Shown one piece after another: positions 37,961-47,587 of a stretch of DNA of 64,000 bases (position 1 is the first letter of the stretch; each line of letters starts with the position of its first letter). A program made the translations under genes and the position numbers. Below the pieces are notes generated by a model. That model had not been told where the DNA came from. It saw only the letters and a list, made by a program, of their open reading frames with translations, and did no database searches. The DNA lies in contig OZ038378.1 of NCBI GenBank assembly GCA_964036045.1, positions 158,658,001-158,722,000 of the forward strand. Reading direction: 5' to 3'. The stretch is from Eutreptiella sp. 'Long Island Sound 2002'. Lineage: Eukaryota > Protista > Euglenida.

Positions 37961-39339
37961 TCACATGTCCAAAGGCTCGGTCGAGCACAAAATATTGTAC
38001 GAGCGGCACTCGGGGCCAAAGCGGCGCACAGCTCCCGCCGGCTGCGTGTTCATGGCTCGGCCCGTCGGCAGCCACGCGCGCCCCACGAACTTCCTCCTCG
38101 ACGGCCACTCCGGCTCTCCCCTCCCCCCCGGCGGAAGAGACAGCGACCTCTGGTTGCGCGGCGAAGATAGCTCCAGCATCCGCGCCGAAAGCGGGCGGCC
38201 GGCCGCAGGCGACTGCCCAGCCCTTGGCGACCGCGAGCGCGCGCGCGCACGCGGTGGAAGGCTGGGGGGATGCGTCGCGTGGCCCGGCGCCGCCGGCGGT
38301 CGGTGCAGCAGTGGTGCGGACCCCAAGGCGGGGGTCGGGCTGGGCCGCCGCACACCCACGCCGGGGGGGGCCCGTCCGGCGGACCGCACGCGCGCCGGAG
38401 CGGCAGGCCGCCCGACCTGCTCCACGGAGGCCGGCTCCGCGGTGCTGAGGGCCGTCTGAGAGGCCTGGTCAATCGTGGGGGCAGGGGACACTCGCACGCC
38501 CGGGGGCACACCCGGCGCAAATGCCCCCAGTGGCGGGCCCCAACGATCCTCCGCGGGGGGCACGCCATCCGGAGGGGGGGTGCTGGCAAAACGGGGCTCA
38601 GAACCGTCTGGGGGCGCGGAGGGCTGCTCCATCGCCTCGCGACTGGAGACTGCGGGGCCGTTCGGGAGGTGCCACAGCTGCACGTCGCGCCCGGCGAGAT
38701 CCGCGGCGCCCGGCGCCCACGCCGGGGCGGCGCCGGGGGCCGCGCCTGAGAAGTCGGCGAGCTGCGTGGCCGCGTCGTGGGGCGCCGGCGACGGGTCGTA
38801 TAAGTGGACGGCGGGTCCGCCGTCGGCGAACCCAGGAACGCCCGCATCGAACACGTACACCGGCGCCTGCGCCGGATCAGGCGGCGGGGTCCCCTCGTTG
38901 CTGAGGTACCGGACGCGGCCCGGCGGCAAAGCGTCAACGACCGGGGGGCCCTCGCCCTCGGCAGTGCCGCCGTACCGGACTCTGCCCCACGCGGCTCCCC
39001 CCCGCAGCTGGGCCTCGGGCAGCACCTCTGCGTCAACAAACTGGACCTCGTCTCCATAGACACCCCCGGAGACGTACGGCACTCTGGCCCCTCGTGGTCC
39101 CTCGAAACAGTCACTCAGATACCGGACGCGGCCCACCTCCGGACTCGGACTGACGTACCGCATGCGGCTGCCGCTCCCGTCCAGACTGACATACCGAACG
39201 CGGTCGCTGTCGACGTCGCTGCTAAGATACCGCACGGACCTTACGGGGGTTGGCTGCCGGACCACCGTGGCGCGCCCGTCGACGACCCCCCTCTCCACAT
39301 CATAGACGCGGATCAGGTCCTCCAGGGGGATCCCGCGCA
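37961..39339 (-). CDS. Large terminal exon of a low-complexity protein with repeated RVRY[LV]S motifs
   Basis: ~460-codon open frame with strong GC3 bias. Canonical acceptor CCTCCCCCTTGACAG| at 39340-39341. About 6-8 copies of (R)VRY(L/V)S-like motifs, then a Pro/Ala/Arg-rich region. Confidence 0.75.
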
Positions 39340-41660
39340 CTGTCAAGGGGGAGGCCAGCCCGCTGCTGCGCACAGGGCGGTGGTATCTGCGCACTGGGCG
39401 ATCCGCATGCATGTACCCACAACGCCAAAGTCAACTGTGGAATGCGAATGCAAAGGTCCCGGCACTCTCCAGCTCCACGGGAGGACGTCACTACCCATTG
39501 CTTCCCCACAGTCAATCATCTGTAGCATGAGCCCTCCCCGAAAGCTCCCTGCAGTGCTCTGCAATCGGTCACAAAACCACAACAATTGTCTCCAGCGTAC
39601 ACCCCTGTGCAGCTTGCTCCAACCCTCTAAAACCTTGCGCAACCTGACACCCCTTGATGCAACCCTCTACAACTGTACACAGCACCTACGTACACCTAGA
39701 GGTATTAACTGGCATACTCATATCTCTCTGGGACATCCGTTTCCTGCCAACACGGAGCGTTTAAACATTTTTTCAGACTTTTCTCAACTTTTGGTCTAAT
39801 GCACCAAAATGTCGTCACCTTGGGGGGGGGTATGTGTATGCTTTTCGAAATCTGTGAAACGCCGTCTCAGAAATGTGTGGGTTGGGGGGGGATAGATGAC
39901 CATATTTTTGAGTACCGAGGCCGAACTTTTCGGCTTTTCAGGGGTTTCAGGCTGCTCCGCTCACGCGTGGGGGACACCAACTCACAGGTTTTCCGCTGGG
40001 TGCTCCGACATATTGTGGAGTTGGAGCAAAGTGAAAGGAGGTAAATGGATGCATTTTGACGTGCTGAATCCAAATGTTGTGGTCCCATGTCCCAACTTTG
40101 CAGCTTGTTTGAGAAATTCTGCCATCTTTGATTTCTTGCACTCTGGTGAGCTTGATGATGCAAGTTGCACCAGGCATCACCCGGGTGTCCAAGGTAGTTA
40201 TTGGTCAAAGTCTTCAACATGTTGGGGTCTTGAGGGGACCCATGTTGCACATGTCTTCTACACATCAAATGCAACAAATCCATCAGAATGACTTGACCCT
40301 CATATGCCCATATGTTGGAGTGATGGGGGTAGGGGTGCGGTGCAATTTTTCTGAAACCAAACTAGAACAGGCAAAAAAAACCCAACCTGTCAACGGTAAC
40401 AGCCAATTTTCGAAAAAATATGGTTCCGCCCCCCCCCCCCCCCCCAACCCATACATCTCCGAAAAGCCCTTTTCAAGGGCTTTCCGAATATATCCCACAT
40501 ACCCCCCCTACCTTTAGGACACTTAGTGGACACAAATGAGGCAACAATGGATCTGACCCCTGAAAACGCTCCGTGTTGGCAGGATCAGTACCGTCCCAGA
40601 GAAATATGGCCTTATGGCATCCCCTCCTTGGGCGGCCAGCGTAGCTCCTTTGTTTATGGCTTTACCTTTTCTCTCTAAGGCTGGGGTGGTACTAATTTTG
40701 GGCGGGTGTGTGCCACATGTGATTTTGTTGTGTTCGTGTTCCGTTGCTTGGGAGGCTAAAGGGGGTACTAATTGTGGCAGATTGCTCAATTGGGCCAAGG
40801 GGGTACTAAATTTGGGGTATACTAATTTTTTTTTGGGGGGGTATCCGTGTCATGAGAAACTGCAAAGCTCTAGAATGATGTGGATATATTCACAGCCTCC
40901 TGATTGCACATAAACTGCCATCATAAATGCAATGGGTGAGTGTCGTGTGGTGACGTACTAACAAAACACTAGGGGATCAAATTGAGCATTCTAGCGAAAT
41001 TACATTGGGGGGGGGGGCTAATGCATGAATGCATGTGGTGCAACACACAACCCATGGTGGTATAGAGATGTATGTGAGTTCACGCCCCCAATACCATAGA
41101 TCGAAGATGAACCATACACAAAATGAACTAGTTGGTAATTGGGTTCAAGCGAAATGCAAGGGCGGAGAGTTGAAGTGTAGGCTAACATGGAACAACCCCA
41201 AGGCGCCGAGGGCTTCATATGCTTTTGTACTCTCTGGGCCTATGAAAAAACGGTGTGCAACTTTGAGCATGGTGTTGTGCTTGCTCGCTTTGTAGCATGC
41301 AAGCCCCACTCACTAGATATAGCGGACATTCCCACATCATTCCATGATACAATTAGGGGGCCAATCATTCGGCCATAGAACAGTCTGAGCTTCGATCGCC
41401 TCCGAGAAGCAAAGAGGTGATAGTTGATTTGTGCGCTCCTTCCCACATTTGCCGCATTAGACACGCATGACCGGGTCACATTGTAAACTTCATCACATGT
41501 TATCCGGGAGATTCCTTCAGACTTGGTGCTTTAAAAGTGTTAGATGGAGGCGAGTTTTCAGGACGAGAATCGTTAGATGAATCTCGCGCTCCATCTAACA
41601 TACATCGGCCTGAAAATTGCCAAAACTATCAAATGAATTATCTCCCAAAATCAAAAAAGC

Positions 41661-41853
41661 ACGCAACACTTATTGAGCTGGTATGATTTCAACGCTTGCA
41701 CAAAGCAGGCACGAAACAAATCCTCAGTGGCCGGCCATAGGCTGAAGCGCGAACAGTGACAGCGACAAAGCATGAGAAGTGTCTCATCAAGGGTGACAGG
41801 CTGAAGGCACACGCATGTCTAGTTACCGGCGCTCTCCACGTGTCTCGGCTACG
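41661..41853 (-). repeat. 3' pseudo-LTR of the PLE
   Basis: 193 bp, 2 mismatches versus 45916-46108. Confidence 0.93.
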
Positions 41854-42228
41854 TAACTTAATCAGTGATCTTGTGATCAGAACTCAAAATCTACTGCGTC
41901 GTCAGGTGGCAAGACACGGGCAGATTTGCTTTTCCCAGGGCCCCAGCAGTGCAATACAAGAGCAAAGGAGAAGACAAAAACAGCCACTACACCAGTGTAT
42001 TCTGCAGCAGAGTAGCGAAAGGCTGGCTGGTATGCGGGACACAAGATCGAGCATATCCTGTTATCATTTCACTTGAGTCTGGACATCATATTCTAGGACA
42101 TTCAACACAGGCATGGGGTCAGTGTTATACATTCGTCACTTCAGCACCCGGCACGGCACCTGCCCTGCAAAACTGTCATGTCGTCCTCAGCGTGATCAGT
42201 GCATACCACTCATGTATTAGAAAAAACT

Positions 42229-44283
42229 CTACTCTCCTCTCAGTGGAATATTGGCACAGAGTTTCCGTTCACCCCATTTGTCCAGGCTTTTCCTAAGGCT
42301 ACGTTCCCACCACATACCTTTTTTATGCAGGAGCTCCACCACCCTGTTCACATTCATCTGTTTAGTTTCCGGTGTTATCCAGTAATGCAGGCATTTTTTC
42401 ACCACCGATGGTATCCAGGATTGTAACATACACTGTGCGTTTGGCGCCGTGGGGTCCAGCATTTTCCTGCACTGGGGTGGGGACGATCCTTGCACTGGCT
42501 GGTCTGCATACTTCGGTAGAGATAGTGGGGCAGCCCCAGATGGGGAGCTGAGTTCACATTCCAGGAAAGTCATTTTTTGTCCCTGTTGTTCGATGGTGAT
42601 CTCCATATCAGTCATTTTCGCAAAACTTTCCTGCACCTGTGCCGTCCACTTGTCCACAGAAAAACCTGCACTGTCTGGCCTGTGCAAAATTAAAAAATTG
42701 TCTCTGTAGCGCAACCAAAGGAGATCCTTTAGCATCTCGGGCAGATCCCCCCTGAGTTCCCGGTAGATCAACACCAGGGATGCTGCCTGTGCGGAGGTGG
42801 ATCCACCTATGGGGATCCCCGTATTTTGTGACATAACTGAAGACAGGGAGACGAAGACATCATTAATATTCAGTTCGAACGACATGTAATGTACAATGTC
42901 TTGAAACGTGAACTTGTAAAAGAAATCTCGGGATCCATGAAAGGTATTATCGGTCCGTCTGTTGCCGTCCTTAGCAATGTAAAACTCCACTGGACCTCTG
43001 GTTTTTTTCGAAAGCTTGAGCTGGTCGTGGATCCACACCAGCGCCGGTATGATGTCTGACCTTGGAATTTCTGGAAACATTTCTTTGACATCCATTTCCG
43101 TCCAAAACGGTGTGCCAGCGTGCTCCGTGTTGGTTTTTTCCATGGTGGAGAGCCATTTTTTCACCGCATGGAGCATGTGGGGCATGGCGATGAGTTCCCT
43201 AGACTTTAGTACATCCACCGCCATTTTCCATAGCAACGTCAGCGCACGGCCCATGAGCTTGCAAAACTTTTGAAAAGGGTGGGATGCATACGTGAGTACC
43301 TCCCTCATTTTTATGACAGGCGGGGAGGCACATTCCGTACTTTTATACTTGAAAAGTAGTTGGCAGTTCGGCGCGGGCAGCCCTCGACTCTGCCTTCCTC
43401 GATGTCGGGTGTGCGGTGTTGGGGAAACAACCTCTGGCATATTAAAACATGAATGGTCCCTGAGAATCAGCGGTCCAGAGACCGCCACGTTCTGAACTGT
43501 GGGGCTGGTCAGTACTGGCCGTGATTCGCAAGTCACTGGGTCAGGTAGCACAGGAACGGAGAGAGGAGTAATCAGATTCGGGGGGGCGTCCGGGAGGCAT
43601 GGTTTGTGCCTGCCCTTCAGTCCTTTGGTGTAGCACCTGTTGGACTTGCTGGGTGGGGTTCTAGAAAGGTGCAGAGGAGCGGAGTCACTGGCATAACGCA
43701 GAAGTTTCCCATCACATGCATTCAGGGCTCGCTGCCAGGTCTCTCTAAATTCTTGCGACGTATTGTATTTTTTTGGTATGTCATCCTTTGCATGACGAAC
43801 GCGGTCAGTTAGACGCTCAACAAGACCCCGTTCAAGACGTGCATCACAGGAGGGGTCTGGTTTTTGGGAGAGGAACATGCGTGCCCCAGACACGATATAC
43901 CGGAATGCTTGCTCAGATGCATCGGCAGGTGATGGCGTTCTTAGTAGCTCAGAGAACCTCTTCGGTTGTTGAAAGAAGGCTTTTTGGAAACGCGGATACC
44001 AGAAATTCTTGCACCCCGCCCAAAGTGCCGAGGTGCCCTTATCAAACCATCCTGTCACCCAAGACGGCGGTAGCCGTTTTAGCTGTTTTTTCACGTGCGA
44101 CAGGTGGTGGGTGGTCGGCGTTGTAGTCACCAGATTTTGGTAGAAACCTTGAATCGCTGCCATAACCGAAAGGGAGAGGTCTTCCTTGTTGCTTAGGATA
44201 GGAATATCCCTCAGTGTCTTACGCAAATTGGAGTGAACCTCGTCCCTAACGCAGTGCCATTGGGGTAGCAGGGCATTTTTCAA
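42229..44283 (-). CDS. PLE reverse transcriptase portion (joined to the upstream ORF by a 1-nt frameshift)
   Basis: DKG motif (WFDKGTS), LLFKYK...KMREVL (motifs 1/2), TEMDVKEMFPEIP (motif A), QNTGIPIGGSTSAQAASL (motif B), LRYRDNFLI (motif C). Confidence 0.9.
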   Translation of the reverse strand: MKNALLPQWHCVRDEVHSNLRKTLRDIPILSNKEDLSLSVMAAIQGFYQNLVTTTPTTHHLSHVKKQLKRLPPSWVTGWFDKGTSALWAGCKNFWYPRFQKAFFQQPKRFSELLRTPSPADASEQAFRYIVSGARMFLSQKPDPSCDARLERGLVERLTDRVRHAKDDIPKKYNTSQEFRETWQRALNACDGKLLRYASDSAPLHLSRTPPSKSNRCYTKGLKGRHKPCLPDAPPNLITPLSVPVLPDPVTCESRPVLTSPTVQNVAVSGPLILRDHSCFNMPEVVSPTPHTRHRGRQSRGLPAPNCQLLFKYKSTECASPPVIKMREVLTYASHPFQKFCKLMGRALTLLWKMAVDVLKSRELIAMPHMLHAVKKWLSTMEKTNTEHAGTPFWTEMDVKEMFPEIPRSDIIPALVWIHDQLKLSKKTRGPVEFYIAKDGNRRTDNTFHGSRDFFYKFTFQDIVHYMSFELNINDVFVSLSSVMSQNTGIPIGGSTSAQAASLVLIYRELRGDLPEMLKDLLWLRYRDNFLILHRPDSAGFSVDKWTAQVQESFAKMTDMEITIEQQGQKMTFLECELSSPSGAAPLSLPKYADQPVQGSSPPQCRKMLDPTAPNAQCMLQSWIPSVVKKCLHYWITPETKQMNVNRVVELLHKKGMWWERSLRKSLDKWGERKLCANIPLRGE

Positions 44284-46028
44284 ATTTGCGTCAGTGCCGC
44301 CGGGTCCGCGCCCGCAGAGTAATCAGAGAGCCACGTGAAATCCCTGGTCACACAGTGGCCATCGACCAATGGTATACCGTATTTCTCAGCCAGGTGCGCA
44401 CATTCGCAGGGCAGTGGGGTGTTGCACGCACTATGTACATCATCCGTGGGGACACGCAATTGGAAAGACTTGCACAGGTCCCCTACCGTAGGTGTCTTTT
44501 GGCGCACCAGGGTGATACAGCTCACCAGGTAGTCCTTGAGAGCTGTTGGTGCTTTAGGGTCGCGCGCAATTTCCCCCGCTATGATTCCATGCAATGTGTT
44601 TTTCAGTGTGTGGTCCATCATTGGTACCTTCACCAAAAACTGTCTGCGGATCACCACCCCCGTGTCACGTTTTATGTGTTTCCGCGCCTTTACGAAAACT
44701 TGGCTAGCCAGGCCAGATTCACAAAATTTTTTGGAGTCAAACACCAATCTCAGTTTCTCTGCAACCGAGAGTGAGCTATGCATGCACTGGACAAAGTGTT
44801 TTGCTTTCGCAATGATCGCTTCCTTCTCCGATGTTGATTTTTTGTTTTCAGATAAGAAACTTTTTGTTTTCAAAAGCCAGCTCCATTTCGGCAGTCGGGC
44901 GTCAGGGATTGCTCGGTTCAGCAAACGCGACTTTCCAAACCTGTGCATCCAAAACACCTCCCTGGTATTCGCTTGCCATGGTTGGACCCTCTCCAGGGGT
45001 GTCATTACCACACGCTCGAAGCCGTATTTTGCAATCCAGTCGTACAGCGGCACTGCCGCACGTTTACCCTGGTGCATCAGTGCCCAGTCTCGTGCTTGAA
45101 TGATATGTTCCCTTCCCCTATCAAACACACTTCTGAACACTCCACGCGCACCTGTCTGTCCTATATACACCTTATTGTATCCCGGGATCCACAGTGCGTA
45201 GATCCATGACCCCGATTCGCTGACAGACTGCTCTGTCATGCGCCACATATGTATCAGTCTCCCCAGTTTACAATTGGACCACTGCAGAGATTTATTTACT
45301 GTGTCCCATGACCTGGGGACACTCGTCCACTCAAAACGGGTATTCATACGCTTTGTTTTGAAGTTCCATTTTGCACGGAGTCCCTCTGCACGAATTCGCC
45401 TTTCGGCGTCGACCACATACGTGAAATATTTGGAGAAAGAGTGAGGGTACATTGATACAGATACAATGGGGGATGGTGGTAGACTGATTGATGCTCCATG
45501 TTGGTGCATCAGTCCGCCAAAGAGCTTAACAAAATCATGTGAGTAGACACGCAGGCTGGACATAGTCTGAGGGGAGGTAGTTACCCACCACCACTGTCCG
45601 TGCAACTCGTCACAGAAATTCTGGCACGGCCAGTGGGTAAACATCTTTTGGAATCTTACACCCGAGGCAATCAGTATCGCGGCCCCCTGGGCCCGTTTAG
45701 ACTCAAGCAAAGCACGGGCAGTGCAGACAGTGGGGATCAGGATCAGGGCATCTTTAGCCTTACCACAGTACATGGGGGAAAGGGGAGATTGTAGGAAATC
45801 TATCACAGACGTGCAGTCCCAGCACGCATATGGGAAACTGCCCTGTCGGACCTGTGTCAATCTGGGGTATACACAGTACGTCTGGGGCTCAGCAGGGGTG
45901 GGGACCGTGGTGGGGACGCAACACTTATTGAGCTGGTATGATTTCAACGCTTGCACAAAGCAGGCACGAAACAAATCCTCAGTGGCCGGCCATAGGCTAA
46001 AGCGCGAACAGTGACAGCGACAAAGCAT
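44280..46028 (-). CDS. PLE N-terminal portion: unknown Cys-rich region, GIY-YIG endonuclease, CxC linker
   Basis: WIYALWIPGYNKVYIGQTG...RGREH...REVFWM (GIY-YIG, ~44930-45210). CECAHLAEKYGIPLVDGHCVTRD (CxC...GH linker, ~44340-44410). First ATG at 46028. Confidence 0.88.
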   Translation of the reverse strand: MLCRCHCSRFSLWPATEDLFRACFVQALKSYQLNKCCVPTTVPTPAEPQTYCVYPRLTQVRQGSFPYACWDCTSVIDFLQSPLSPMYCGKAKDALILIPTVCTARALLESKRAQGAAILIASGVRFQKMFTHWPCQNFCDELHGQWWWVTTSPQTMSSLRVYSHDFVKLFGGLMHQHGASISLPPSPIVSVSMYPHSFSKYFTYVVDAERRIRAEGLRAKWNFKTKRMNTRFEWTSVPRSWDTVNKSLQWSNCKLGRLIHMWRMTEQSVSESGSWIYALWIPGYNKVYIGQTGARGVFRSVFDRGREHIIQARDWALMHQGKRAAVPLYDWIAKYGFERVVMTPLERVQPWQANTREVFWMHRFGKSRLLNRAIPDARLPKWSWLLKTKSFLSENKKSTSEKEAIIAKAKHFVQCMHSSLSVAEKLRLVFDSKKFCESGLASQVFVKARKHIKRDTGVVIRRQFLVKVPMMDHTLKNTLHGIIAGEIARDPKAPTALKDYLVSCITLVRQKTPTVGDLCKSFQLRVPTDDVHSACNTPLPCECAHLAEKYGIPLVDGHCVTRDFTWLSDYSAGADPAALTQI

Positions 46029-46108
46029 GAGAAGTGTCTCATCAAGGGTCACAGGCTGAAGGCACACGCATGTCTAGTTACCGGCGCTCTCCACGTGTCT
46101 CGGCTACG
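45916..46108 (-). repeat. 5' pseudo-LTR of the PLE (contains the ORF start)
   Basis: Direct repeat of 41661-41853. Confidence 0.93.
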
Positions 46109-47505
46109 GCTCAGATTTCGAACCGAGGCTAAGCAGCGGCGCCCTGCATGGGGCGTTAATCACTGGTGCACTGTACACCGGTCTTGGCTTAAACACTGTG
46201 CACATGGAGACAGGTTCCCCTACTGTCACTGCCTCAGGCGCTGCATGCCCCGCCTTTCATTGTTTCGCTTTTATGCACTAGACTAATAGCAACGCAACAC
46301 TTCACAAGTGTAGCTCAGTATACAAAAGGTTGAAAACATGCAAAACCTGAAATGTGGCGGCAGTGGGATCGCACTGGCGCCTAAGTATGCCGTGCTGCAC
46401 TCACAGCAGAAGGCGGTATGCACCTGCAGTACGCGTGGTAGGCCAGTCAGAATGCACCTCTGCAGAAACTCGATTCTGAAGGTTCCAAAAATTCAATACT
46501 TCATTAAAACTGTTAGTTATGTTCATAATATATAATGAAAATGAGACTGTGTCATCTGGCGCCAAGGGGCCTGGCCTCTTGGACGGAGACTTCCTTTTGG
46601 AAGAAACTTCCCTCGGCATTGCCGAAAACAATGCCGAGGTTGTGGCTGCAATCGCTCCTTCTGCTGAAAAAGTTCCTACTTCACAGTCCTTGTTGTGTGA
46701 ATTGTTGGGTGAGTATGTGCTTGTGGGGACGGAATTGCCCATAGCAAAGATGTGCATGGCTCACCTGCTTCTATTCGCTCATCTGTGGGATGTTTGACTG
46801 GTGTGTCTGTAGATCTCCTTGAGGATAACTCCCTAGAGTCTTTGAAAGAGGATGATACTGAGTGGGATTATGACGAACGGCCTCTTACGCGCCCTCCAGG
46901 ATGCCCGTGAAATTTATAGGTCCGCGACTTGGGAGGCCCCGGCACCCGAGGGAGCGGCAATCAATCAGTATTTCTCCAATGTACTGCAACCATTCAAGCG
47001 AATGTGTCGCCCACGGTATCCTCCGAGGCATGTGCCACAGGAGAATACGTGCTCCAAGTGTTCGCGCGAGATTTTTGTTTGGCGACCCTTGCGTGGGGAT
47101 GCCCACATTTAGTGCAAAGTGTGCAATGCACCTTAGTGCTTTTATGCTACCTCGTCTACTTCTACCATGAAAGTGGAGGATGGTGCTAGTCCTTGTTGTC
47201 GCGAGTAATTTGACTTTTGACCATCCATTTTGCTTGGCAACCATGTTATTATGGGAATGCCACACATTCGGTTCCGGTTGAAACAGATTGGTACCCATCA
47301 CCACAAGTAGAGTGATGGCTCGGTTTTTACCCAAAGCTATTACCACATTTGCCCGTGTCTTGCTGCTCGTGCTCCATGCAACTTCCTCCCCTTGGTTGCG
47401 ACTTTACACTCGGGGCTCGCCACAATGAGCTAGGGGTTAGATGCCGCTGATATTCATCTAACGATTATCGTCCTAAAAACTCGCCTCCCTATCTAACACT
47501 TTTAA

Positions 47506-47587
47506 ACAATCGTACCCATCTAACATTTATCGGCCTGAAAACTCGGCCCGCGGGAGCGAAGCGAATGTTAGATGGGAACGATTATGT
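47506..47587. repeat. Small palindromic element next to the right TIR
   Basis: aatcgtacccatctaacatt ... aatgttagatgggaacgatt forms a 20-bp stem with 1 mismatch and shares the CATCTAAC motif with the adjacent TIRs. Confidence 0.7.

Larger units (their letters stand above)
41661..46108 (-). mobile_element. Penelope-like retroelement with N-terminal GIY-YIG (Naiad/Chlamys clade, Chlamys-like)
   Basis: Domain order GIY-YIG, CxC linker, RT. Bounded by 193-bp direct repeats. The endonuclease lacks the CxxC of the CCHH motif, as described for Chlamys. Confidence 0.9.
41531..47505. mobile_element. TTAA-flanked TIR element (Kolobok-like), interrupted by the Penelope-like element
   Basis: 41531-41582 is the reverse complement of 47452-47505 with 2 substitutions and one 2-nt indel. 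Both outer ends are TTAA. Termini AAGTG...CACTT (RR...YY) fit Kolobok rather than piggyBac (CC...GG). Confidence 0.65.

Noticed and set aside
41661-41853. Hammerhead in the PLE pseudo-LTR (CTGAGGA...GAAA on the minus strand)
   Set aside because: Could not build the closing pairs for stems II and III by eye; a covariance-model search would be needed to overturn this.
47100-47140. TAG read-through or alternative genetic code (two in-frame TAGs)
   Set aside because: Other CDSs in the window have long frames with no internal TAG and use TAG, TAA or TGA as ordinary stops; decay explains it.
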